In this document: piece after piece, positions 50,756-63,543 of the stretch
How positions within the stretch are numbered: position 1 is the first letter of the stretch
Layout: the number at the start of each line of letters is the position of its first letter
Assembly: GCA_964270895.1 (NCBI GenBank)
Contig: OZ185440.1
Strand: one strand, 5' to 3'
DNA length: 64,000 nucleotides
Source of the DNA: Podarcis filfolensis
Lineage: Eukaryota
The notes under the pieces: generated by a model
What the model was told of the DNA's origin: nothing
Database searches by the model: none
Seen by the model: only the letters and a program-made list of their open reading frames with translations
Translations under genes and position numbers: made by a program

Positions 50756-50956
50756 CTGTATAGGAGGAATATCTGGCAAGGAAGGCAAATTTTCTGGGTT
50801 GGTTACTGATGGAATAAGCTCTATTGCTGCTACAGATGGGCTTGTTGGACCACGGTTGGCATTGGCCATGGTGGCTGTTGTAGGGCTTGTTGGGTTGATA
50901 GTATTATTGTGCACTGAAACAACTGGGAAGGGACCTGCATGTCCTGGGTTTGAATG
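50756..50956 (-). CDS. TRIM33: TRIM33 coding exon (eq. exon 11)
   Basis: 201 bp; ttggcag|CAT ... CAG|gttagt; HSNPGHAGPFPVVSVHNNTINPTSPTT...PSLPDIPPIQ. Confidence 0.97.
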
Positions 50957-51496
50957 CTGCCAAGACAAAGGAGTGGGGGAAGCAAGAGAGAGAAAATATT
51001 GTTATGATAAGGAGCAAACTCTTTCCTATGCAAAACTGGAAATTTTCAAAGCTTGTTGCTTTCCTGCAATTCTCTCCATGAGTTTCCCATTGCTGATAAT
51101 TGTTTTAAACCTTTTGCATTTTATTCACTTTTTTATATGTCCTCTTTTTTAAACCTTATTGCAAGCTCTCTACTCCCCCTTAATCGGAGAACATAACAAA
51201 TTATTCCCATATTAACATGCTGGTTATCCAGCCAAAAGGCAATAAAGTTGTGAAAGGTAAAACGTGGCGGCAAGTGCATTTCATTAGATGCTCCATTAGC
51301 TTAAATACTCTGCATGTGGCTAGTAATATCCAAGATTTTACAAGATTCCTATTATGCGGCTCTTTAAACAGCCAGCAACATGGAAGGAGATGTCCCTTTA
51401 AAAGAGGTCTCACAGCTGATATATACACATAGAAGCTGAGCTGAATCAAAAGTCCAGAATCAAAGATGGGAAACAAAATGTGCACACAGCATATAC

Positions 51497-51655
51497 TTGT
51501 CTTTGTAAGTGTGGCTGCATCATGTACTGGGGCCCGTTGTGGCGCGGTATCCCTGGGAGACGAGCAGTGTTCTGAGCCATTCTCATCTGGTGGGCTTGGA
51601 AAGCACCGCAATTCATTCCCCTCTGCATGGTCTGCATACTTATCAACCTCGGAGG
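51497..51655 (-). CDS. TRIM33: TRIM33 coding exon (eq. exon 10)
   Basis: 159 bp; ttttgtag|CCT ... CAA|gtatat; PPRLISMQTMQRGMNCGAFQAHQMRMAQNTARLPGIPRHNGPQYMMQPHLQRQ. Confidence 0.95.
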
Positions 51656-51859
51656 CTACAAAACATTATGTATTTTAAAAGATGAGATAAAAGCAGTCCT
51701 CTTTGCCAAGTGAAGTAAATGAAGATGCATCTTTGTGCTTTACAAGACAGCGGTATAAATCCTACCTTAAACTTTGTGGATTAAGGTAGAACTCAAAGTG
51801 CCAAAGGTGCACTTTAGTGTCTACAATGAGTGTCTTAATTTAGATCATCTGAAACTTGC

Positions 51860-52107
51860 CTGTTGCTGCAGCATCTGTGGGCCTGCCTGGCGAGGAATCT
51901 GCCCTGCAGGCTGCCCCATCCTCATCTGTTGTAACTGCTGGTGTTTTTGTTGTGCGTACACCTGCTGTTGCATATGCTGGAGCCGAAGCTGTGCAAGATT
52001 AATTTGCGGTGGAGGTTTGCTGATGTGGTTAGTTCCCGGAGGAACTTGTCCCACTACTACATTAGGAGTATAACCTTGGGTTGGTTTGTTTTCAATAACA
52101 AGATTAC
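51860..52107 (-). CDS. TRIM33: TRIM33 coding exon (eq. exon 9), Q/P-rich, ends at a GC donor
   Basis: 248 bp; gtttag|GT AAT ... CAA CAG|gcaagt; (G)[27 protein letters not shown]...[12 protein letters not shown]. The GC donor gives phase 0, as the next exon requires. Confidence 0.93.
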
Positions 52108-53442
52108 CTAAACAACAGGAGAAATAATTGGTCAATCGCAAAGTTATTTATTTTAAGCTAAATGTTAACAGTCTAGAAGTTTTACACTATGTACACCCTA
52201 GCTTCACAGCAGCTAAAAAGTTAAAAATAAATGTACTTTTAATCAATATATTCAGAGACTGGTAATTATTTGCACTTCCTTATTGGCTTTAAATAAGATA
52301 TTGGTTCTGATGTACCCATATCTTACCTTAGTTTTATGCATAAAGATGCATCACAATCAACGTCATGCAACACATTTTTGCAACAAAGTAATTTTGTGTC
52401 ATCAATAAGCATTCAATATTTTATGAACTCATTTCCATAGCATTAGAAGGAAAAAGACTTAAATACAGAGTAATTATTGCTTGTGCATAATATGCAAATT
52501 ATATATTGTAACTTTAAGCATTCTAGAGATTTTTAAAGGAAACACATTTAATACTTAAGAGACTAAAAGATGAAGACAGAAAATCATACAAATATAGCTC
52601 TGTAATTTTTTACTCCAGAGGCCTTTTGCAAGTGGTGATTATGGAATATCCTCCCCAGAGACAGCTGCCTGGCTCCCAAGCTATAGTTTTTTTGATGCCA
52701 GGTAAAAACCCTTCCCCCAGTCTTTTCATTTTTAGAAACATGTTTAGGTGCCTTGGGACCATTAGAACATTGTTCTGGTTTTTGCTGGCTTTATTTGGAT
52801 CACTTAAACTTATTTTTTTATTTTATAGCCATGCTGTATTTTATGTGGGGTTGTTTTTTTAAAAAAAAGTAAGATAATTTACTGTTTTCTGTTAATGCTG
52901 TAAGTATAAAACAAAACCTCAGAACATTTATAACCATTTTAGGATAATAGGGGCCTTGTGTTTCTTTACATGCAAGAGTCTTTCAATCATAATCACATTA
53001 AACAAATTATGTTTCTGATTCAACTAAGCCGGCACGCTAGCAGAAGTCAGCACAAGGGCTCTCAGTAGTGCAACAGGGCTTTCCCCTCACCTCCCTGCCA
53101 CCTCCTCCAATTCCACTCTGAAGAACTGGGAGAACCCCCAGAACATTGTACGGAGGGGAAGGAGGAGATTGCTAAAATGCTTCTGAAGACGGAACAATCA
53201 GAAGAGTGCAACATTTAATTCCACCCCTTGTCTTGTGCAGTAATACTGAGCTGAAATACTGCAGTGTCCCTCAATTCAGAACTACACAACAGCTTGCTTC
53301 CAAAGATAAAGTTGAGCGGTGAGAGATGCTTGCAAAGATGCTTGCAAGTTATTTGTAAATAAGACCACGCTGTTTAGCAATATGATTTTTCTGTTTCATC
53401 CTTCAAACAGGAATTTGAGTGATTCACAACTTTAACACAAGT

Positions 53443-53565
53443 ATGGGGAGACTGTGACCCTCCATATGTTGTTGGACTCCCTCTCACCAGCCTCAGCCAG
53501 CATGGCCAAGTTCAGGAATGATAGGAGTTGTAGAACACCTAGAAGGCTATAGGTCCCCCATCCCC
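53443..53565. mobile_element. Degenerate short hAT-type MITE
   Basis: ctgtgaccctccatatgttgttggactcc...gcatggccaagttcaggaatgataggagttgtag...ggtcccccatccc. Confidence 0.55.
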
Positions 53566-56299
53566 AATTTTACATTTTATGTACTGTGCCCCAGGTTCAA
53601 AAGACTATATGGGAAGCTTCTGAGCATGTACTAATGCCTTTGCAGTACAATTTTTCAAACCACAGACCTCTGAGACAGCTGAAGCAGCAAGAGTTATAGG
53701 AAGTCCTAGTGTGCATATAGAGTCGCTTGCACACGCCCAACAGACACTTGTCTCTTGGACAGTCTCTAAGCTGGTTTTACAGAAATCCAGATTAATGCAT
53801 CTTAAAATACTTATAATGAACTGAATTTGTGTCACCAAAATAGAAGACAAGCATCTAAATTCTCCATTTTAGCTAAAAGTTTTGCATTTGTTGTTGCTCA
53901 AGAAACTTTCTGCAAATTGTGAATTGTCTGATAAATGTGTAACTACCCCTCTGCATTTTTAAACAAGCAAGATCTGTTTTCTTTTGCCCAGTTCTTGGTC
54001 TGACCTTTTCTTGATCATCTGAATTATAAAACTAGTAACTTCCTTGAAGCTATTCTACTGTAAGTTGCAATGATTTGTGTACCTGGTTATTTCTTACATG
54101 AACAATAATTCTTAATCAAAATATTTTTAGATTTTCTTGCATCACAACTTCGACTCAACTTTAGTAATTCTAAAACAAATACAAATTCCTGGAAGGGTGA
54201 AAAATCTGTTTTATTCAAGACCACACATTTATTGAATGGAGGTCTAAAATTAATCATAACTTAGAAATCTTTTCTTCAGTGTTACTGGAGCCAAATCAGT
54301 ACTTACACTCCAGTACCATTAACCGCAATGGGAGACGCCTCTCTTAACAGTTTATTTAGGAACTTGACAATGACACCCATGGTTTTCCCCGGTTTCAGAA
54401 TTATCCTTGCATTGATTCTAGAGATTTGTCATATGCATTTGTCAAAGGCCGTCCTCATCACTGTTCATTCTTCAGTAAATTAAAGACAAGATTTATTGAT
54501 TTATTTTTACTTTCTGCTCCCTCTAGGATTCCTCTGAATTTTTTTTTTTAATGTAGTTTCCAAGACTTCATTTCCAATACCTTTTTCAGTTCCCAATGTA
54601 TAGCCCCAATCCAAAGGGCCGCATGATGAGCTCTGCACATGTAGTGGGGGGTTCCGATACCTCCCCCTTTCCAGAAGCATCCCCTCACAGTGCCCAACAA
54701 GCTGCCCTGAAGCTTGAGGAACCTCGAAAGTGTCCTCCAACAGAGTAAGAGGAGTTGCTGCTGGAGAAGAACACGGGAAAAACCTGGTATGGACATATAA
54801 GCCTTTGTACACACCTAAGAGGCTCTAATCTATTTTGCTCAGTATCCTATACTGGCTCTTAATTATCCAACCAACAAATTCTCTCATCAACGTTCTCTGT
54901 TCTTTTATATTACTTGTAGTTACTATGGGGAGGTATATAAGTCTAACACATGAAGGAAGGGATTTTAATACACAAACATGGATCTAAATGGGATTTTGCC
55001 TGCTATTGCCCTTTCTCCTTCTATATATGCCAAAAGCTGGAAAGCCATGCATGAAGGTATAGATTTCTCTCCTGTGAAGCTGTCTCTCACTTGATACTAG
55101 AGCTTTGCCATGCCAAAGAACGCATGCACCTAGCTCAGTCATTGCGTCACTGAAGGAATCTTGTTTTTACTCATTCTAATCTGTCGCTATAAGGAAGTTG
55201 TTAAGTCTTTAAAGCCAAAATGTCCTGCCGATACCATGCAAAAGTATTTTGGGACCAGTTGGAATCTGGTGCCCAATTTTCTCTTAGAATATCTAAAATG
55301 TGCTGCTAAGAGTTCTGGAAATTTTTCAGCCTTGTTTAGCTGGTATAAATATTATTCATATTACTAAGTCTACAGGACAAATACTAGACTGAGTTTTCCA
55401 TGTCTTCCTATTGTTTTCTACTTCTTTGTTTACAGAAATACGGCAACTGAGTTGCAGTCTAACATACTAAGAAGTTTGGAACAAACAAGTCTTCTTTCAA
55501 CGCCTGAATGTGGGCTACCAGATTTGACCCTCAATTGCTTTCCCCTTCAAGGAAGCACACTGATTGTAGACTGACACTTTCCAGTGTCCTTTATTACCAG
55601 AGAGGGATAGAAGGGAATGACCAACAGAGTACATGGAATCACTACTGATCTATACAGAGCAATCTTGCATGTAGTTCAGGAGACACTCTCCACTCCTCCT
55701 TCATCACCACTGTCATGACCCTCCCCTCCGCTCTGTGGTGCCTGCTCATCACTCCACCTCTCTTGTCACAGTGCTTTCTTAGAAGACTATTAAAGCTAAA
55801 ATCTGGAGAAGCATCTGAAGTAGCCTAACACCACCGTATTCAATGATTAAGAGCAGTGCAGCACTACCTATTAAGTCATATTGATTTCCAAGTGAATAAC
55901 AATGCATCCAGACTGTAGAGAGAACTATTCTAGTGACAGGGAGTTGCATGCAAAGCAGAAGCATAGTTTGAGAGAAGCATCTGGGTAGTGGCTGCATATG
56001 TTATAAAAGCTTTGGCTCGGATCCAACCCCATACAAGCAAACAGATGACAGTTCATCATGTGCACAGGAGAGGAGAGGACTTGCCAAACAAGGGGAGTTT
56101 GGCTTAATGTCTGCTTAAAGTCAGATAATTTTATACAATTATACAGTGAAAAAAAGCTCCCTGGTATGAATGGATCCAAGACACTACCACCAATTTTAGT
56201 GGTAGTCTACAGAAAGTTCTATCTAGTTCATGCTACTCATCATATTAAGAATTTTTGCACATTGAATTCAGCTTTCAGAAAAATGGAACACCCTCTCAC

Positions 56300-56417
56300 C
56301 TAAGTTGACTACATTCTTTGCCCAGAATGTGGGATCACAATGGAAGCGTATTGCTCCATTAGCAGCTGGGACAGGATCACATCGTGCTTTTAAAATATGT
56401 CGCAGCTGGAACGTGAT
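56300..56417 (-). CDS. TRIM33: TRIM33 coding exon (eq. exon 8), TIF1 signature region
   Basis: 118 bp; cacag|ATC ... TTA G|gtgaga; ITFQLRHILKARCDPVPAANGAIRFHCDPTFWAKNVVNL(G). Confidence 0.97.
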
Positions 56418-57989
56418 CTGTGAGAAGACAAACACTCTCAGATTAGTGATGACATTGTGCGGAGAGTCAACAAAAAGAAGTCGACAAAACAAAATGCAAA
56501 TTGTCAACAACTGTGTGTGGCTTTGAGCAAGCTGCCATCTCTTATCCTAACCTATCTCATAGAAATAAGCTAAACCTTATTTTCAGTCGCTTAGAAGAAT
56601 TGCAGGATACAAACATGAGGTCGCAAGAGAATTACTACTGGAGTGCATTACTTCTAAAATACAAGAAGGTAGATTTTAAGCAAATAGATGGTGGCACAGA
56701 ACTAAGCCACATTCAAAGTATACCCAGTGGAATGAAAATACTTACTCACTGAAACCCATTGATTTCAATGGATCTACTTTAGGAATAGCTTAGTCTGATA
56801 CCACCCAGAGTTCGTAAGTGGTAACTTGTATTTTTATACATGCCTGACTTTAGTTGTACCAATGTTCAAATGATAACACAGAAAACATACACAAAATATA
56901 GAACAAGACTTTAATTTTTCCATGTGAGTAGAAAGCAAACGATGCATATTTGACATTGGAAAAGTTCTATTCTAAGTCAAAACCCCAGAATTGGTTTTAA
57001 ATTCTAATTTGCTTCAATGATTAAGGTGTCATCCAACGCTCAAGTCATTCAATGTGAAAGACACACACCCTGAGCAAGGTGCTAGACTCTTATCACTTTG
57101 GAATTACAAACTGAGAGAGCCATACCAACACTCAAAAATGATAGTAAATTCCCCCTAATTTGTTCCCCTTAACTTCCAGCAGCACTTCCGGCAAGCTAAA
57201 TGCCAAATTCCAGTACCAAAATTCTAATGGAAAAATGTGCTTCCTGCCTTTCACTGAAACAGACACAGGAATTACTGAGAATTGAGCAGGATCAGTTCAC
57301 AGCAACTGCTGATATTGATCCAAGGTGGTAAGCAGTGATGCAAGTAAAATTTTGATGGCCCACTTCAATTGGCACCTGAATTATCATGTAAACACAACTT
57401 TTATAAATACTGTATTAATTTTCCATGCTATATAAATGTGCTACACATTTAAGCCAGCTGCCAAATGTAGTCCAATATGGAAGGTAAAACTTAATCAAAT
57501 AAAACACATTCAGATACAGTTTTTTGCAACCAGGGTTTTAGTTCTGATTTGCAGTCCATCATTAAAACAACTGGTTTTGACTTGAAGCAAATCAAGTGGC
57601 AACTTCATCAACGGACATTTCTGGTTTTTTGTTTTACTTTATCCTGGTGTTTGTTTGTTTAGTTTGTTTACAAATAACTAGAACTAGAGAGGGGAAATGG
57701 AAAAATTTCCTTGGGGAAAATTTTACTCTTTAGAATTCTTGGTGATTGCTGTTATGGTTTTTAACTTAACTACCCAGATGAAGTTGTTCATTGGATGGTA
57801 TACTGTATAACTGTTAAAACTGTTGGCATCTGTCTGTCTGAAGAGACAATGGAAGAGTGAGCCATCGGGTGGGTAAAGTTAAACCATTGGAGAGTTAAAG
57901 TGCTTCTTGTGGCTGTAGAGACTAATATGGGAGAAACATGTTTTACTGCAGGTAGAACAGATAAAGGTGTCTGGTTTTACTGTTACAGA

Positions 57990-58570
57990 AGCACCGTGGC
58001 ATTTCTTCTCTCTGTGCTTCTCCCAGGGGTCATTTCTCCTCTGGTCACTACTATGGATACATGACCTTACTGTCTTCAGGCAATGCGGTCATCTGCAAGG
58101 GATTCCCACATGGCACGGTTCATATTGCCAGCCTTCATGCCACATTTGCAGACATCTTTGTAACACAGAGTTGGTCTGCCAACAGGCCTGATGCCTAAAA
58201 ACAGCTCCCCATGAAGCACATCTTTGGGGATCTGGCCATCTTCCATTGTGTGGACATGACCAAGCCGCAGTAGACGTCGCTGAGACAGAAGTGTGGACAT
58301 GGTGGGAATGTGGGCTTGGAAGAGCACATATTTGTTTGAGACTCTGTCCTACAATGTGATACCCAAAATCTTCCTGACACAGCACTCACATAAGGCATTG
58401 AGGTGTAAGTTGCTTACGACTCACTTCCATAATGCAGTGCGCTCAACACACAAGCCTGGTAGACCTTCCTCTTGGTATTGGTTGTTAGCATCACATTCTT
58501 CCATAGGCTTTTGGGGAGGCAAGTTGTTGCTATAGCTGCCTTACCAACACACCATCAATGGTTATGGTGG
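57990..58570 (-). mobile_element. RTE-clade LINE ORF2 C-terminal fragment with frameshifts and stops
   Basis: LLSQRRLLRLGHVHTMEDGQIPKDVLHGEL...RPVGRPTLCYKDVCK; upstream a degenerate KVYQACVLS.L.YGSE motif. Boundaries approximate. Confidence 0.8.
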
Positions 58571-59139
58571 AGTCCTTTTCAGACTCACTTCACTGGTACT
58601 GAGTAAATTACATATAGCTACAAGGCACTAAAGGTTCAGTGACTGTCTATACAAGTGAAACTGTTTGTTTCCAACAACATCTAACTCCATGAACTTTGCA
58701 AAGAAGCCAACAAATTGCCCCTCAGCTGACCATCATGAAGCCTAGGTAACCACCGGAAACTATCTGGCCTGACATCAACTTCTATATAGATTCAGGAACA
58801 GGTAAAAAACCGTTGAGCACCTGCTAGAAAGACCTACATAATTGTCAACGCTATGGATTGCAGTGTTACATTTACCTAATCAAAATGCAGGATGTGTCAG
58901 GGCTAGCTGGCTTGCCAAATGAACAAACTTCCAAATTTTACAGTAATTTAAATATCAAGTTTGGGATAAAGTGTGGACTGGAAACACTTGTACAAATATT
59001 AGCAAAGTGGCATTAGCTGTACTTACCTGAAAGCTTTGAGAGTAAGAAAAACATGGGTCCCCGTGATGCAATATTCTTTGTTTCAATGCAAGAATAAGAC
59101 TATAATCTATGCTATACTGCAATTCAAAGCTTTCCTTAC

Positions 59140-59286
59140 CAGTCGCTTGCTATAGAGTAATGCAGTGCTGCTGCCACTTGCAATGGCCCAGTTAGTAAAG
59201 TTCATCACATGTTTCACCTGCCGTGACAGACCACTGATATCGTTCTGCTGCTGTATTAGCTTCATCTGTCTCTCCTTTGTTACAGT
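59140..59286 (-). CDS. TRIM33: TRIM33 coding exon (eq. exon 7), coiled coil
   Basis: 147 bp; ttcag|ACT ... CTG|gtaagg; TVTKERQMKLIQQQNDISGLSRQVKHVMNFTNWAIASGSSTALLYSKRL. Confidence 0.97.
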
Positions 59287-59949
59287 CTGAATAGAAACAG
59301 TACACACATATCCATTTTTAAAAAATAATATCAAGTGCAATAATTAAAACATCTATCTATGCAACGTGTAGATACTTAGTAGAGACGTAAATCAGAAGTG
59401 TGGCTATAACAAATAGTGGGTAAAATTCAACATTTTGAGAGTGGACTTTTATTTGTAGACTAACCTTGTGCCATACTGGCACTGAGTGCTGACAGGTCAC
59501 GGGGCAGAACAAAAACTGTTAATTGTTTTTTAAAATTACAATTATCATGTTGGCATGGACATGATCTGAAAATGTACACTGCTGAAAACTTGTTGAAGCT
59601 AAGTAAGTGGTTGGGTGGGAGACTTTGTCAGAACTCAAAAAGAAGAAAATTGGATATAATTGTAATAAATAATATTTATACTCATTGGCAATGCCATCGA
59701 TTTTTATTCAGTTTAATTATGACTGCACACTTCAGTCTCACAGATGGATTTATTTTAGACATGACTTTCTCAGTTTCCCAGTAACCATGATTGTAATTAG
59801 TGTTAGTTAAACTGCATGCAACTATTTCAGATGTATTTCCTTCCTATAATGCTGAAAAGTGTAGTTTATTTTAGATTATTTTAAAATATAGATGCTGGGT
59901 TGTATCCAGTGATGTTTGTGCATGAGCAGATTGAGATTCCAGTTGCACA

Positions 59950-59950
59950 A

Positions 59951-59990
<40 letters not shown>
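59950..59990. repeat. (ATT)n microsatellite
   Basis: Tandem ATT units seen directly. Confidence 0.95.
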
Positions 59991-59992
<2 letters not shown>

Positions 59993-60581
59993 TCAACCTA
60001 TCCCTTTATCTCTGCTCCCCATAGCGCTTTGCATGCTTCCAAAATCTGCTCCAGAGGTTGGGGGACCCTTTGGTTTGGAGGATTGATGGGGCCTCAGAGG
60101 AGAAGAAGGGAAAATCCTGTTCTGCCCGATTATGGGCAATTCTTCCTACCACTGTAGGACTGGACAACAGAGCCCTGTGATGTTTGGTAGTGATCCCCAG
60201 CCCTCCAGAGCAGTTGTTTGTTTTGGGGTGGTGGTGGGATGATGCAGATGGGATGATACAGAGGGCAGAAAGAAAAGATCTACTATGTGAGCCTGCCTTC
60301 TACTCACACAATGTTGGCTACATTCCTTATATACAATTGTATTATTTTATACATTATCCACCTAAAAGATGCTCAAGGCAGTTCACAAAAAAGGGTAAAA
60401 CATACAATAACTGCTCCATAATTTTGCATTATGATTTATTTCTTCAAAAAGTGCTAATTTGATGCAAGTAGTTAAAGCTAGCTTTATATCTACATTTTGA
60501 CCGAGTTTGGTTCAAGCAGCCATCACCTACTTAACCTATCAAATAAATATAGCACCAGCAATAAACATGCCCCATCCCATC

Positions 60582-60615
60582 CCATTTGGTGCTTGTTACC
60601 ATTTGGTGCTTGTTA
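60582..60615. repeat. Exact 17-bp tandem duplication
   Basis: CCATTTGGTGCTTGTTA twice. Confidence 0.85.
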
Positions 60616-61004
60616 GGGATTTAATAGCCTTGCTTTCAGGCATCTCAGTACTTTTATCAAAATTAAAGCAAAAAATGGGGCAATCTATACCTCTGGGCAT
60701 CACAAAGGAAGACAACGTGGAATATGAATATGATTTATCATAATTTTGAAACACTGAAAGTCCTGTAAAGTTTCAAAGAACTCTACAAAAGCAACATCAC
60801 TGTTATAGGTCACATTTTTACAAAAAAAATTTTTTACTATTTTTATTTTCCTGTAAAGAATCATCTAGTTCTAAAATTTCATTTGTTCATAAGAATTAAT
60901 TAGTAGCATAATGAATGGATAGAATACCATTCAAATTGTGCCATTTCTAAATTGCAATTAACTTTTTTTTAGGAGCACAGTACCTTTGGGTGTACTAAAA
61001 TTAG

Positions 61005-61093
61005 ACTGCAATCCTATGCACACTTACCTGGGAGTAAGCCCCACTAAACTCAATGGAAGCTACTTCTGAAAAGACATGTATAGGACTGCACTG
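61005..61093. mobile_element. Short palindromic MITE-like repeat (TGCAATCCTAT...ATAGGACTGCA)
   Basis: actgcaatcctatgcacacttacctgggagtaagccc...tacttctgaaaagacatgtataggactgcact. Confidence 0.7.
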
Positions 61094-62399
61094 TTAATAG
61101 TGCCTTTCAGTGTCTTAGTCTTTCTCCTTAAAATTTAACAAGGAGAAGAGTATTCTATTAGGCTATTGCATTTTTTAAAAATTACAAGTATTCCCATAAC
61201 AATAATTTGACCATAAAAATTATACCACATTGTGCATTTTATGAATTATTTTCCTATTCAATATTTCCACTGAACTACATCTGGCTATGGAAACCATTGT
61301 GAGATATTGGTACCACATATACGATTAGCATTTTAAAAACATTTTCTTTATGAAATATAAAAGCCAAACATGTAAAATCTCATCCCGACTGATTAAAGTC
61401 ATCAGAAAATTGTCCGATTCAAAATGTTCTGAGCAACCTACATCACCAACACCCTTTCAACCTATGATAGGGGACTTGGCAATGAACAACCCAATACTGT
61501 AATGAGACACAAAGCTGCAATGTAGATGACTACTAATTTGTCATCCACTGAAAAAATAATAATCTGTATCCAAGTCAGAAGTATTTTAACTGCTAACTAC
61601 AGATTCAATTAGTGCCACTAAAAGAACCCTGCAAAATGTACTTTCCCAAGGATGCTGTGAGCCATTAGGAGACCCCTCACAGAGCTATAAGCACTCTTAA
61701 CTAAAGTTCCAAGAATTCTTTGAAGGAAGCCATGATTGTTTAAGTGGCATAAGAGTGCTTTAAATGTATGGTATGGATGCGATCACACAAATCTGAAGGG
61801 TAGGACAAGTATCAATGAGAGATTTCAAATTTTAAAATGATGCATTCAACAAAGGGTAAGATTTTTATGAGACATCACACGGAAAGCAGCACACTTAAAA
61901 GTCATGTTACCGAGTGGCTCTGCAATTTGTGCCTTACTGAACTGTCATGAATATTTACAATCCATGTCGGTTTTAAGCGCTTTCTGCACTTAGCTAAGCT
62001 GTAGTTTAGGACTACATGAACAAGCATCAGCAAGCCTCAGGCACACATGCTCCCCACTTTCCTCCAGCATAGCCATGAACACAATTAACTAGATTTCCCC
62101 ATTGTGTGCAAACTGGGGGGAAATCTGGTTAGGTTAAACTACAGTCTGTTAACAAGCCAGGATCATAAGCCACAGTTTGACTCTTGGCTTGCTTGCTGCA
62201 TAATTTAAACTAACCAGAGATATACAAAGTTTGAATGTAATCATGCTTGCTAGCATTGGGTGTGAAATGCGCCAAGAATTTCATAATGGACAAAGCAAAC
62301 CACAGGGTTATTCAAGATAGAAGAAGCCATATACGTGCAAAGATCACAGCAGGATTCATGCCAAATATTTTTACTTATTTATTTTGCATTTAGTTGTAC

Positions 62400-62514
62400 C
62401 TCAAGCTGTTGTAGGAGAGCTTTTCCTTTTTTATTGATTTCATTAATAAGGGTAAAAATAGCCACTTTGATTTCCTGTTCTACTCGTTTGTTAGTTTCAT
62501 TTACTTCTTTTATC
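62400..62514 (-). CDS. TRIM33: TRIM33 coding exon (eq. exon 6), coiled coil
   Basis: 115 bp; tttcag|G ATA ... GAG|gtacaa; [38 protein letters not shown]; phase matches both neighbours. Confidence 0.97.
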
Positions 62515-63426
62515 CTGAAAGAGAGAAATGTGCTGTCAGGCAGTAGCACTGGAACATCTTTAACCTTTTCCCCCCTCAAGCAAAAATTCAACGTATTATG
62601 TAAATAGATACAGATTTATATGAAGTATGTTCAACCTCAATACAACATAACATCCAAGCATATTTTCCATTCATTCTTAAGAGGAAAATCTTAAAAGTAA
62701 TTTCATTTTACAATATGGGACAACAACTTCCATCAACATTAAAATATCCTTCTACGTTTGTTAGATATTTATGTTTCATGTGTTATGAAATGTTTATTCT
62801 ACTGCTTTCTTTGCTTTTGGGGGGCCTAACTTAGCACAGAGAAATTTAGTTGTTTTTTTTTAAAAAACTAATTAATATAAGGGGGAACCTGTTATTTCAA
62901 ATTAATGTTCGCCTCTCTGCCTAAAGCAGGTAGTAATTTGTCCTCCTGTAAGCACCGGCCTATTGTGCCACTGGTGTCATATTGATGTGTTGTGCTCCCT
63001 GGGGCATTATTAACTCCTATTTCTAACCTACCCTTCATCAATTAAGATTCCAGAGTAATGAAACACACTGCAGTGCTGCAGTAACTGCACAGCTGGTATG
63101 CACATACTCTCCATCTTTAGCCGCAAAAAGCCAGGGAGGTTGCCTGGACGTTCTAACTCGTTAGTGAGGAAGGCTCTCCCTGCCAAAGCTGCAAAGTGCA
63201 TGGGCACACTGCTCTTCATTGAACAGGCACTTGTGAATTTGGTACAACAGATAAAATTTGCAGAAATCTATTTGTACATGTGGATTCTGTTTGCTGGATC
63301 AGGCTGAATAGCTGCTCTACTTCCATCTTCAGAGGCTAGAATTTTAGTAATCCTATAAACTAGCCCACCTGAAGAAAAGAATAATACAGTATAAGCATTA
63401 TTATAGAAATAATAATAATCACCTAC

Positions 63427-63543
63427 CTATTTTGCACCTGAGTAGCTGCAAAGTTAACATAATTCTTCTTTTCAAGGAGTTTGGCTAATAGATTCTCAAT
63501 AGCACCCTTTTGATTCTGAAACGCTTCTTCCAAAAACTGGTAC
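63427..63543 (-). CDS. TRIM33: TRIM33 coding exon (human-equivalent exon 5), start of coiled coil
   Basis: 117 bp; ...gaaag|G TAC CAG ... AAT AG|gtaggt; encodes (R)YQFLEEAFQNQKGAIENLLAKLLEKKNYVNFAATQVQN(R), near-identical to human TRIM33 as I recall it. Upstream exons are outside the window. Confidence 0.97.

Noticed and set aside
44215-52073. Plus-strand ORFs at 44215-44532, 50799-51152 and 51774-52073
   Set aside because: Antisense shadows of TRIM33 exons.
53605-53850. 81-aa minus-strand intronic ORF
   Set aside because: No recognisable homology and no good splice-site pair.
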